Source: Candidatus Multivoradales bacterium | Lineage (GTDB): Bacteria > Acidobacteriota > Thermoanaerobaculia > Multivoradales > Multivoraceae | Direction: 5' to 3' | Length of the DNA stretch: 64,000 bases | NCBI GenBank assembly: GCA_965223325.1 | Contig: CBDCWI010000002.1 | Coordinates: 1,440,001 to 1,504,000 of the forward strand | Shown: one piece after another, positions 9,924-18,997 of the stretch | How positions within the stretch are numbered: position 1 is the stretch's first letter | How the letters are laid out: each line of letters opens with the position of its first letter | Program-made: the position numbers and the translations under genes | Notes under the pieces: generated by a model | Told to the model about the DNA's origin: nothing | Database searches by the model: none | The model's input: the letters and a program-made list of their open reading frames with translations, nothing else

Positions 9924-10973
9924 ATGACCCAGAAACTTCAAGTCGGAATCGACCTGGGAACCTCCCGCAGCTCGATCTCCGCATCCAACGGCAAGAAGCA
10001 CTACGTCGAGAGCTACGTTGGTTGGCCAGTCGACATGGTGGCGCGCAAGGTCCTCAAGAAGAAAGTCATGGTGGGCACCGAAGCACGCGAAAACCGGCCG
10101 ATGCTCGACCTCCACCGGCCGCTCGAGAGAGGCCTCATCAAAGAGGGCTCCGAGAAGGAAGACGAAGCGGTGCGCGAGCTCCTCAGTCACCTGATCGGTC
10201 TGGTGCACGAGAACGGTAGCGATACCAGGATCAACGCCGTCGTCGGCGTGCCCGCCGAAGCGATGCGGGTCAACAAACAGAACCTGCGGCGCTCGATGCA
10301 GGGGCTGGTCAACGGCCTGATGATTGTCTCCGAACCTTTCGCCGTCGCCTACGGGCTCGAAGCGCTTCTTCATACCCTGGTCATCGACATCGGAGCCGGC
10401 ACGACCGACTTCTGCGTCATGATGGGTCGCCTGCCGGGCGAGGACGATCAGCGCACGTTGACCGTCGCCGGTGACACCGTCGACGAGCAGCTTCTCCAGC
10501 TGGTGCGTGAGAAGCATCCCGATGCCCAGGTCACCATTCATATGGTGCGCGGCTGGAAGGAAGAACACTCTTTCGTCGGCAAGGCCAAGAACCCGATCAA
10601 GGTCGAGGTGCCCATCAACGGCAAACCCACCGAGATCGACATCACCGAAGAAATGCGCATCGCCTGCGAGAGTCTGGTCGATCCGATCAGCGAGACCCTG
10701 CTCGACCTGATCGCCAAGATCGAACCTGAGTTTCAAGAAAAGGTGCGACAGAACATCATCCTCACCGGTGGGACCGGGCTGATTGGTGGCCTGGCGATGG
10801 CCATTCAGGAAAACCTCGAGGACGTCGGTGGCGGGCGCGTTCGAGTGACCAAGGACCCGATCTACGTGGGTTCAGATGGCGGTCTTTCGATCGCCAGCGA
10901 CGCCAAAGCCGCCGACTGGGAGAAGCTCAAATCCGAACCGGATGCTGGGTCCGAAAAGGCGAGCAACAAGTAG
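9924..10973 (+). CDS. mamK: MamK-like actin-family ATPase (349 aa)
   Basis: GIDLGTS, AVVGVPA, VSEPFAVAYGL, VIDIGAGTTDFC, DQRTLTVAGDTVDEQL, KEEHSFVG, IACESL, QNIILTGG, KDPIY. These match MamK rather than MreB signatures as recalled. ATG at 9924. The symbol denotes family, not a demonstrated magnetosome role. Confidence 0.85.
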   Translation: MTQKLQVGIDLGTSRSSISASNGKKHYVESYVGWPVDMVARKVLKKKVMVGTEARENRPMLDLHRPLERGLIKEGSEKEDEAVRELLSHLIGLVHENGSDTRINAVVGVPAEAMRVNKQNLRRSMQGLVNGLMIVSEPFAVAYGLEALLHTLVIDIGAGTTDFCVMMGRLPGEDDQRTLTVAGDTVDEQLLQLVREKHPDAQVTIHMVRGWKEEHSFVGKAKNPIKVEVPINGKPTEIDITEEMRIACESLVDPISETLLDLIAKIEPEFQEKVRQNIILTGGTGLIGGLAMAIQENLEDVGGGRVRVTKDPIYVGSDGGLSIASDAKAADWEKLKSEPDAGSEKASNK

Positions 10974-11070
10974 CGAACGAGGTCAATCGCAGTAGGGGCA
11001 ACGGGAAGGCCAAAACAGGCGCCAGAACGGCGATCAGGTATTGACCAGTTGGTCGAATAGGCCCTCTAAC

Positions 11071-11092
11071 GGGCCAATGTGCTAACGTTTTC
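11071..11092 (+). promoter_or_regulatory. Extended -10-like motif, copy 2 (upstream of the RRM gene)
   Basis: GGGCCAATGTGCTAACGTTTTC, containing TG-C-TAACGT. Confidence 0.5.
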
Positions 11093-11213
11093 GGTTGTCC
11101 GAACCCCCTCTCAAGATTCCAAGTACACCTGTCGCTCGCGCGCTTCGATTCGGCTTTCGGACCTCGGCCAATCCAAGCGACCGTCGTCAGACCGTTCCGG
11201 GAGAATTCTCCAC

Positions 11214-11459
11214 ATGTCAGTACGTATCTACGTCGGCAACCTTCCATTCGAAACCACGGAAGATGCCGTCCGCGAGCTGTTCGCAGGCTATGGTTCTGTT
11301 TCCTCCGTCCGCCTCATCAACGACCGTGAGACAGGCCGCCCGCGCGGCTTCGGTTTCGTCGAGATGGCAGATGGCGGTCCGGAGGCCATCCAGTCCCTCG
11401 ATGGAAAGGACTTTGGGGGTCGCCCGCTGAGGGTGAACGAGGCGCGCCCGCGCACCTAG
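11214..11459 (+). CDS. Single-RRM RNA-binding protein (Rbp-like, 81 aa)
   Basis: RNP2 IYVGNL, RNP1 RGFGFVEM, GRPLRVNEARPR; GGAG upstream. Confidence 0.95.
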   Translation: MSVRIYVGNLPFETTEDAVRELFAGYGSVSSVRLINDRETGRPRGFGFVEMADGGPEAIQSLDGKDFGGRPLRVNEARPRT

Positions 11460-11502
11460 GTGGTGTGGAGCGTGACCTCCGGTCGCACTCCCGCTGAACC
11501 CG

Positions 11503-11527
11503 AGCCCGGCCTCTGGCCGGGCTTTTT
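11503..11527 (+). terminator. Rho-independent terminator
   Basis: AGCCCGGCC-TCT-GGCCGGGCT followed by TTTT. Confidence 0.85.
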
Positions 11528-11562
11528 GGTTGTGGCAATGGAAAAAGAAGCGGAGACGATTC

Positions 11563-12582
11563 ATGAAAATCGATAGTGGCCTCGGCACCCAGGGCCTCGA
11601 ACGGGCTGCACAGGCCGCAGAGGACCTCGAAGCGCTCGGATACGACGGGCTGATCTCGATCGAGACCTCGCACAACCCCTTTTTCCCACTCGTTCTGGCG
11701 GCCGGTGCGACCCGCCGCATCGAGCTCATGACCGGCATCGCCGTTGCCTTCGCCCGCTCGCCGATGACGCTGGCAGCCGAGGCTCACGACCTGCAGTCCT
11801 ATTCAGGGGGGCGTCTGGTGCTCGGGCTCGGCTCGCAGATCAAACCGCATATCACCAAGCGCTTCAGCATGCCGTGGTCGAAGCCGGCGGCGCGCATGCG
11901 GGAGTACATTCTCGCCATGCGGGCAATCTGGGATTGCTGGTACGAAGGAAAGCCGCTCGACTTTCGCGGCGACTTCTACACCCACACCCTGATGACACCG
12001 ATGTTCACTCCCACCGACATCGAACACCGGGCCCCGAAGGTCGTCCTCGCCGCCGTCGGCCCCCTGATGACGCGGGTTGCGGGTGAGGTCGCCGACGGTG
12101 TGCTGTGCCATGCCTTTACCACTCGTCGCTACCTCGAAGGGGTGACGATGCCGGCAATCGAAGAGGGTCTCCGAAGAGGCGGCCGCCAGCGCGATGACTT
12201 CCAGGTCGTCTACCCGGGATTCGTCGTCACCGGCGCCACTGAGGAGAGTATGGCCGAGCAGAAGATCGCAGTCTGCAAGCAGATCGCCTTTTACGGCTCG
12301 ACACCCGCGTACCGCCCGGTCCTCGAGATGCATGGCTGGGGAGAACTGCAAGATGAACTGAACGCGCTCTCGAAGCGCGGCCAATGGGACGCGATGGGAG
12401 ACCTGGTCACCGACGACATCCTGGCCGAGTTCGCAGTCGTCGCCGAACCCCGAGACGTGATCACCAAGATGGGTGAGCGCTACGGCGGTTTGATCGATCG
12501 CACCTCGGCGAGCTTCCCGTGGGCCACTGCGCACGAGCAGCAGCAGATGATCGCGCGCCTCAAACAGCTCGGTAGGACCTAG
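11563..12582 (+). CDS. LLM class (probable F420-dependent) oxidoreductase
   Basis: ETSHNPF, TGIAVAFARSPM, GRLVLGLGSQIKPHI, FYGSTPAY. Confidence 0.88.
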   Translation: MKIDSGLGTQGLERAAQAAEDLEALGYDGLISIETSHNPFFPLVLAAGATRRIELMTGIAVAFARSPMTLAAEAHDLQSYSGGRLVLGLGSQIKPHITKRFSMPWSKPAARMREYILAMRAIWDCWYEGKPLDFRGDFYTHTLMTPMFTPTDIEHRAPKVVLAAVGPLMTRVAGEVADGVLCHAFTTRRYLEGVTMPAIEEGLRRGGRQRDDFQVVYPGFVVTGATEESMAEQKIAVCKQIAFYGSTPAYRPVLEMHGWGELQDELNALSKRGQWDAMGDLVTDDILAEFAVVAEPRDVITKMGERYGGLIDRTSASFPWATAHEQQQMIARLKQLGRT

Positions 12583-12656
12583 CGTCCAGGAAACCGGCCA
12601 GAGTCTCAGCGGAGTGGAGCGGTACGATGGCGCCCGCGCACCAAAAAGGAACCCCC

Positions 12657-14339
12657 ATGCCGCGATCTAGATCGGAAGCCATCGCCCAGCTCACCGCGCC
12701 TGGAGCAGACTTCGAGCTCGAAACCGTCGAGCTCTACGGGCGCCCGTGCCGGGCTTTCGTGAACGCTCCGCCAACACTTCGCGACCTCTACGCCGACGCG
12801 CGAAGCGACGAGACCTTCATCGTCTACGAAGACGAGCGCTACAGCTTCGACGAAGCCCATCGAGAAGCCGCACGCATCGCGCGCCTTCTCGTCGACAGTT
12901 ACGGCATCGAGAAAGGCGATCGGGTCGCAATCTCGCTGCGCAACTATCCCGAATGGATCACCAGTTTCATGGCCGTGACCTCGATCGGAGCGATCGCTGT
13001 GGCGATGAACGCTCTCTGGCAGTCCGACGAGATGGAATACGGGCTCAAAGACAGCGGCGCAAAGGTGCTTTTCGCCGACCAGGAGCGCTTGGACCGACTG
13101 GCCGGTTGCAGCGCAGACCTCGAGGTCGAAGTGATTGCCGTTCGGCCGCGGGGCGATCTCCCACCTCCTGGTGCGCGCGAACTGCGCAGCCTGCTGGCCG
13201 GAATCGACGCGTCAGCCGCCATGCCCGACCGAGAGCTCCACCCGAACGAAGACGCCTTGATGCTCTACACCTCAGGTTCGACCGGTCGCCCCAAGGGCGC
13301 GGTGAGCTGCCATCGCAACGTCATCAGCGCGCTCCTTTCCTGGGAGCTCGACACTCAGGCCGCGCTGCTGGTCGCCGACGAAGAGGCACCCGAGCTCGAA
13401 CACCAGATTTCCACTCTCCTGGCGGTGCCGCTGTTCCACGCCACGGGGTCGCACGCCGTGTTTCTCAACTCCTTCAGGTCGGGGCGCAAGATCGTCTCGA
13501 TGTACAAGTGGGACCCCGCATTGGCCGCCGAACTGATCGAGCGCGAACACATCACCTCGTTTATTGCACCGGCCGCCATGACCGGTGACCTCGTCCTGAC
13601 GGCGCGCCAGACCAGGTGCGACCTGAGCTCGCTTCTCCAGGTCGGCGGCGGTGGCGCGCCGCGAGCGCCCGAGCAGGTCAAGAACATCGAGCAGGCGTTC
13701 GACAACGCCCTTCCCGGTACCGGTTGGGGCATGACCGAAACCAATGCCATCGGCACCGGCATCGGTGGCCAGGACTATCTCGACCGCCCCGAGAGCTCCG
13801 GGCGTTGTTCGGCGGTGCTCGACCTGCGCGTCGTCGACGAAGACGGCCAGGAGTTGCCGGCGGGTGAGCGCGGCGAGCTCCAGGTGCGCGGCACCTCGGT
13901 CATTCGTGGCTACTGGAACCGTCCCGACGCCAATGAGGCGGCATTCGCTCCAGGGGGCTGGCTACGCACGGGAGACGTTGCCTATCTCGACTCTCGAGGC
14001 TTCGTGTTCATCGTCGACCGCATCAAAGACCTGGTCATCCGCGGCGGGGAGAACATCGGCTGCGGTGAGGTGGAAGCGGCTCTCCTCGAGCACGACCTGG
14101 TCCTCGAAGCCTCGGTTTACGCGGTTCCCGACGAGCGCCTCGGCGAGGAGGTCGGCGCAACGCTCTACTGTCGCCCGGGCGCCAGCCCCGAGACGTTGCG
14201 CGAGTTCCTGGCCAAGAGCCTCGCCAGTTTCAAGATCCCGCGTCACATCACGATCCGCGACGAACCGTTGCCCCGCACCGCCTCGGGCAAGATCTTCAAG
14301 CGCGGCCTGCGTGCCGAGGCAGCGGAGCGACTCCAGTAG
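12657..14339 (+). CDS. Long-chain acyl-CoA synthetase (class I adenylate-forming enzyme)
   Basis: YTSGSTGRPKG, GWGMTET, TGD, DRIKDLVIRGGENI, PRTASGK; AAAGGA RBS. Confidence 0.92.
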   Translation: MPRSRSEAIAQLTAPGADFELETVELYGRPCRAFVNAPPTLRDLYADARSDETFIVYEDERYSFDEAHREAARIARLLVDSYGIEKGDRVAISLRNYPEWITSFMAVTSIGAIAVAMNALWQSDEMEYGLKDSGAKVLFADQERLDRLAGCSADLEVEVIAVRPRGDLPPPGARELRSLLAGIDASAAMPDRELHPNEDALMLYTSGSTGRPKGAVSCHRNVISALLSWELDTQAALLVADEEAPELEHQISTLLAVPLFHATGSHAVFLNSFRSGRKIVSMYKWDPALAAELIEREHITSFIAPAAMTGDLVLTARQTRCDLSSLLQVGGGGAPRAPEQVKNIEQAFDNALPGTGWGMTETNAIGTGIGGQDYLDRPESSGRCSAVLDLRVVDEDGQELPAGERGELQVRGTSVIRGYWNRPDANEAAFAPGGWLRTGDVAYLDSRGFVFIVDRIKDLVIRGGENIGCGEVEAALLEHDLVLEASVYAVPDERLGEEVGATLYCRPGASPETLREFLAKSLASFKIPRHITIRDEPLPRTASGKIFKRGLRAEAAERLQ

Positions 14340-14345
14340 CACGAG

Positions 14346-16211
14346 CTAGAGCGCGCTCCGTACCCAGATGGGCGACGACCAGGCGCGCTCCTTGATCGTC
14401 GTCGGAAGATCGAGGCGCGGGGCGGTCCCGGCGCGCACCGCATCCCAGGTCGACCAGCGGCAGGTCGGGTTCTCGAGCACCCGCAGGTAGTAGGTCGCAC
14501 GTTGACCTTGTACCCAGCTCTCGTCGCCCCAGACCACCCGCAGCTCGTCGGCGCCCGCGCCACTGATGGCGCAGGTCGAGGTATCGACCATCGCACCGTT
14601 GTCGGGACAACGGTGGGTTGAAGGATCGGGCGCGGCTCCGCCCGAACATGCGATATCGATGACCGCTTCCTGGGTGCGGCCGTCTTCGACCCACACCTTG
14701 ATCATCTGCAACCGATCGAGGTCGGTTCCCGCCGGGTCTTTGATCGCCCAGGCCAGAAAGCTCGGCGCTTCTCCATCGGCCACCACCAGGTCACCGCCCA
14801 TGGCGACACCCTGGGCGTAGGCCACATCGATTGCATCAGCGCGACCGGCGAGGTCGCGCGCAAGGTCGACGCCACCAAACAGCCTGATGCGGAGGCGCGG
14901 CCCACTGGTGCCAAACGTCTCCTTGCGGCGCAGGGCCTGGTAGATCGAGGCGCGCGTGTTCTCCTCGGCCCAGACCCCGGCCAAGCCTGAGGCACCCCAG
15001 AAGCGATAGTAGGTCTCGGAGTAGAAGTCGGCACCGTCAGGACCCTTGATCGGTACGGAACCCCGCAGAACGCCGGTTGAGTCCAAGGTCCCGACCTTGC
15101 TCCAGAACCGATCTTCCTCAACCGAACCGGCGCTGTTGTGACCATCGGTCGCTGCAACGACGCCAAAGCGGTAGGGGTTCCAACCCTGGGTTTCTTCGAG
15201 CGACAGGCCATTGCCCCACGCCTCGCGAACGTAGCTGCCCTGCGGCCGGCTCTTCTCCCAGCGCGCGATCTTGTAGGGAAAGATCTCGAAACTCGCCCAC
15301 TCGTCGTTCGGCGACAGGAAGGGGTGGGTCTCGGATGTTCCTTTGACCTGAGAGATCTCGACCAGCGGTTCATTGCGCATGCGCTGCTCGGCGTAGTCGG
15401 CGTCGAGGGGCTCGCCCTCGAAGGTGTCGAGGGCAAACATCAGACCGTTCGAGGCGTTGGAGTTGTGCGGAATGGCGAGCAGCTCGTAGCCGGCTTGCCG
15501 CTGGGTGTCCATCCAGTCCCAGAGATCTTCGGGGTTGAGCGAGTCGTTTCGGCTGAAGGGGATCGCCGGCGAGGCCTGGTCTTCAAAGACCACGTTGCGG
15601 TGCAGGTTGCCGCCGAAGCTCGAGGTGTACTCGAAGGCCGAAAAGGTCGTGAACACACCCGGATTGTTGTACTTCTCCGCCGCCGCGATCACCTTCTCCC
15701 AAGTCGATCGCAAGACCTCACGATCGAGATTCTCGGCCAGGTACTGGCCACCGCCGTAGAACACGGCCCGCTTCTCCGTCACCGTCTCGGCTGTTGTCAT
15801 CTCGGCCGCCCGCTCGAGCGACGCCAACCGATGGCCTGGAGTCGACATCGCCTCCATCATCCCGAGGAAGTTGGCGTGATCGGTCACCGCATAGAAGTCG
15901 AGTGGTCGATCCATCTGGATCCTGAAACCCGAGGCATGATCGATCGCCTCTCCGAGCGCAAACCGGTAGGCGTCTTCTGGAGACTCGCGGGTACCAAAGA
16001 TGAAGGCATCGAAGGAGTAGCGCGTGTGGACGTGCAGGTCACCAAAGAGCGCTCGCCTCGAGCTTGCGGTTTCGGCGGCCGGAAGCGAGGACAAAGGAGC
16101 GCTGGCGGCGGACGATGCCGGCACCGAGTCTTCGGTTTCAGGAGCGCCGCAGCCACCAAGCGAAACAACGAGCAGGGCGACTGCGATCGAACAAGCGTTG
16201 TTGGGAAACAT
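14346..16211 (-). CDS. DUF3604-like lipoprotein (PHP-like metal-binding protein)
   Basis: Lipobox LGGC; FGDLHVHTRYSFDA, AVTDHA, NLHRNV, IPHNSN, QVKGTSETHP, ERAWSSPIW. Confidence 0.85.
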   Translation of the reverse strand: MFPNNACSIAVALLVVSLGGCGAPETEDSVPASSAASAPLSSLPAAETASSRRALFGDLHVHTRYSFDAFIFGTRESPEDAYRFALGEAIDHASGFRIQMDRPLDFYAVTDHANFLGMMEAMSTPGHRLASLERAAEMTTAETVTEKRAVFYGGGQYLAENLDREVLRSTWEKVIAAAEKYNNPGVFTTFSAFEYTSSFGGNLHRNVVFEDQASPAIPFSRNDSLNPEDLWDWMDTQRQAGYELLAIPHNSNASNGLMFALDTFEGEPLDADYAEQRMRNEPLVEISQVKGTSETHPFLSPNDEWASFEIFPYKIARWEKSRPQGSYVREAWGNGLSLEETQGWNPYRFGVVAATDGHNSAGSVEEDRFWSKVGTLDSTGVLRGSVPIKGPDGADFYSETYYRFWGASGLAGVWAEENTRASIYQALRRKETFGTSGPRLRIRLFGGVDLARDLAGRADAIDVAYAQGVAMGGDLVVADGEAPSFLAWAIKDPAGTDLDRLQMIKVWVEDGRTQEAVIDIACSGGAAPDPSTHRCPDNGAMVDTSTCAISGAGADELRVVWGDESWVQGQRATYYLRVLENPTCRWSTWDAVRAGTAPRLDLPTTIKERAWSSPIWVRSAL

Positions 16212-16247
16212 CGCTCCAGTGTACGGCACCCGCAGGGACCCCAACCT

Positions 16248-17039
16248 TCAGTCGGCGTAACCCTCGCGCACCCGGTCCCAGGCGTCGGACTGGTCGCGGC
16301 ACCACGCCGCCAGCACTGCCAGGTCCCAACCCACGCAGAAGTGCCTGACGCCGAGATCGAGAAAGGGCCTGGTCTCTTCGACCGTCGCCACCTCGACGCG
16401 CGGATGAACTAGGGCCTTGGCGATCACCTCGCGCTCGACGGCCGACACGGCAGGCGTGCGCGCCGCTTCGGGCTTGCCGATCGAGATCGAGTAGTCCACC
16501 GGCCCGAACTGCACCATCTCGACACCGCCGACTTCGAGAATCTCGTCGAGGTTCGAAACGGCGGCACTCTTCTCGATCATCAAAGCGACAACAACCTCAT
16601 TCATCGCCTCGACCCACGAGACCGCATTGCCATACGTACCGTAGCCAACGTTGCGGCGCGAACCGTAGCCGTGCCGGCCGCCCGCCTCTGGAGTCTCGGG
16701 CCGTACCAGGGCCACACACTCGCGCGCATCGTCTGCCGTGCGAACGTCGGTGAACAAGACGTTCTGAATCCCGGCATCGACCGCCCGCGTGGCAATGAAG
16801 CCGCGCGTCTGCTCCTCGACTTTCATCATGCCGGCGAGGTCGGGGAAGAGCTCGATCGCCCGTCCGATGTTGTCGAGTGTTTCGAGGCTGAACGACGAGT
16901 ACTCGCCAACGTACTCGACGTAGTCGAAACGTCCACTGCGACCGATGACCTCGACCATTCCCGGCCAGGGCGTGAGGATGTGCGTGCCGAGGGTTGGCGC
17001 GCCACGGTCGAGCCGCTCGCGAAGAGGATTGCGACGCAT
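16248..17039 (-). CDS. HpcH/HpaI aldolase family protein
   Basis: FDYVEYVGEY, MIEK, LDEILEV, QFGPVDYS; AAGGAG RBS. Confidence 0.8.
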   Translation of the reverse strand: MRRNPLRERLDRGAPTLGTHILTPWPGMVEVIGRSGRFDYVEYVGEYSSFSLETLDNIGRAIELFPDLAGMMKVEEQTRGFIATRAVDAGIQNVLFTDVRTADDARECVALVRPETPEAGGRHGYGSRRNVGYGTYGNAVSWVEAMNEVVVALMIEKSAAVSNLDEILEVGGVEMVQFGPVDYSISIGKPEAARTPAVSAVEREVIAKALVHPRVEVATVEETRPFLDLGVRHFCVGWDLAVLAAWCRDQSDAWDRVREGYAD

Positions 17040-17150
17040 CGAGACAGACTCCTTGTTGAGAATCGGAACCGGCGGCACTGTACATTGAAACATCGAAGAC
17101 CCGGCTCGCGAGCTCAATCCACCAACTCAGAGTGTGTTCGAGGGGACTCC

Positions 17151-17639
17151 ATGCAAGACCTGCAAGATCTCGACATCCGTATCCGAAGACTCGAGCGGCG
17201 GCTTGCCGCCTGGCAAAGAGCCGCCGCGCTCGGCCTTGCCATCGTTTCGCTGGTTCTGATCGCCAGCTGCGCCAACCATGAGCCCAACCCGGGCCAGGGC
17301 ATTGAGACCCTGCGGGTCGGCAAGTTGGAACTCGTCGACGGTGACCGGGTGCTCGCCGAACTAGCGGTCGAAGAGGGAAGTCCGCAGCTCAGGCTCTACG
17401 ATCAGGACGGCGTCGTGCGCGCCCGCCTCTGGCACGATCAGGACCAAACCGCCCTCTTCCTCAGTGACGCCGAGGGCCACACCCGGGTGGGTGTCGCTCA
17501 GTTCGCGCACGGCGGCGGCGGCGTCGCCCTGCATGGGGAGGAATCGAGAGGCGCCGCGGTGCTCTACCTGAAAGATGAGAGTGGCAGCCTGAGCTTCATC
17601 GATGAGGAAGGGAAGGTCACCAAGCGCGTCGCGCCCTGA
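17151..17639 (+). CDS. Hypothetical membrane-anchored beta-strand-rich protein
   Basis: GAGGGG RBS, ATG 17151; coiled coil, TM helix, then repeated hairpins (LRLYDQDG, LFLSDAEG, LSFIDEEG). Confidence 0.7.
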   Translation: MQDLQDLDIRIRRLERRLAAWQRAAALGLAIVSLVLIASCANHEPNPGQGIETLRVGKLELVDGDRVLAELAVEEGSPQLRLYDQDGVVRARLWHDQDQTALFLSDAEGHTRVGVAQFAHGGGGVALHGEESRGAAVLYLKDESGSLSFIDEEGKVTKRVAP

Positions 17640-17806
17640 CCGCGATCGGAGGCGAGGTGTGGTTTGCCGAAGGTAGGCCTCGCACTCTCCACGGGTTGCT
17701 CCTTGGTCGTGTTGCACTACGGTCGGAGGAATCACTCCCAGCCGTTCGGCGATCAGATCCACGCGTTTCCCCGCAGCGAGCGGGCAACGAACGAAAGGAC
17801 GATCTC

Positions 17807-18400
17807 ATGATGGACTTCCTACAGACCGTCGAGTCGAGCGGTTTCTCCATGTTCGTGAAGGAGTCCTCGACGGCATACGTCGCCGTTCTCGCCTTTCACA
17901 CCATTGGACTGGCGTTCCTGGTCGGCATTAGCGTCGGAACCTCGCTCCGCATCCTGGGAGCTGCCAAACAGGTTCCTCTGGCACCCCTGGCAGACTTCTT
18001 CCCGCTCATGTATGCCGGGTTCTGGATCAACCTGTTCACCGGTGGCGTTCTTCTCTTGCTCTACCCGACGAAGTACGTCGTCGACCCGATCATCTACATC
18101 AAGCTCGGAGCAGTCGTCCTGGCGATGCTCGCGTTGCGCAACCTACGCGCCCACGTCTTTGGTGACGGACCCGGAATGAGCACTCTCGAGGGCGCCCGCA
18201 GAGCGAAGATGTTGGCGATCGCGATGACCCTGTTCTGGCTCATCGCAACGGTTGCCGGCCGCATCACCGCGTACGACGTGTCGACCAAGATCCAGACCAC
18301 GATCGCGGTCGTCATCACCCTGGCGGCGATGCTCGGAGTCGGCTTGCTCCTCGGGCGCAGTCTGGGCTGGATCGAGCCATCAGAAGAGGGCGCAGGCTAG
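17807..18400 (+). CDS. DUF6644-like polytopic membrane protein A
   Basis: AAAGGA RBS; FHTIGLAFLVG, LRILG, NLFTG, YIKL, AGRITAY; about 5 TM helices. Confidence 0.75.
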   Translation: MMDFLQTVESSGFSMFVKESSTAYVAVLAFHTIGLAFLVGISVGTSLRILGAAKQVPLAPLADFFPLMYAGFWINLFTGGVLLLLYPTKYVVDPIIYIKLGAVVLAMLALRNLRAHVFGDGPGMSTLEGARRAKMLAIAMTLFWLIATVAGRITAYDVSTKIQTTIAVVITLAAMLGVGLLLGRSLGWIEPSEEGAG

Positions 18401-18442
18401 CCAGGATCGGTTGCGGTCAACACATCATCGAAAGCAGGTTCC

Positions 18443-18952
18443 ATGGACTTTCTCCCCGAAACGTTTCTCCAGATCCCGTTCGTCGAGTACCTGATCGGCA
18501 AGTACCGTTGGTTCTGGTCCTTGAACGAGGTGCTGCACTTCGTAGGGCTCATCCTGTTGGTGGGAATCGTCACCATGTTCGATCTCCGGCTCCTCGGGGT
18601 TGCCAAACGCCTGGCGATCGCACCGCTTCAAAAGCTTCTCCCCTGGGCGGTGTTCGGCTTCGTCCTCTGTACCCTGAGCGGCCTGATCTTCGTGACCGGC
18701 ATCTGGGCCAATGTGGCCGTTCATCCGATCGAAGCGGTTCAGATCGACCTCTATCTGCAGCTGAAGCTGCTCTTCATCGCGCTTGCTGGAATCAACATCC
18801 TGGTGTTTTACAAGGGCGGAGTCTCGAAGGCCGTCGAAGCCGTCGGCCCGGGCGAAGACGCCCCGCCGATGGCCAAGTTCATTGCCGCCTCATCGTTGTT
18901 CCTGTGGGTAGGAATCGTGTACTGGGGACGCCTGATTCCCTGGGGCTTGTAA
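18443..18952 (+). CDS. DUF6644-like polytopic membrane protein B
   Basis: LHFVGLILLVG, FDLRLLG, LSGLIF, LQLKL, WGRLIPW; paralog of the upstream gene. Confidence 0.78.
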   Translation: MDFLPETFLQIPFVEYLIGKYRWFWSLNEVLHFVGLILLVGIVTMFDLRLLGVAKRLAIAPLQKLLPWAVFGFVLCTLSGLIFVTGIWANVAVHPIEAVQIDLYLQLKLLFIALAGINILVFYKGGVSKAVEAVGPGEDAPPMAKFIAASSLFLWVGIVYWGRLIPWGL

Positions 18953-18997
18953 GGCGCCCGCCAGTGCCCCCCTTCACTCCATAGAAAGGAGACCTGA

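Noticed and set aside
9924-10973. Interpreting the window as a magnetosome island or plasmid partition locus
   Set aside because: No other mam/mms/mad-like genes, no ParR-like adaptor gene and no replication or mobility genes; the surrounding genes look chromosomal.
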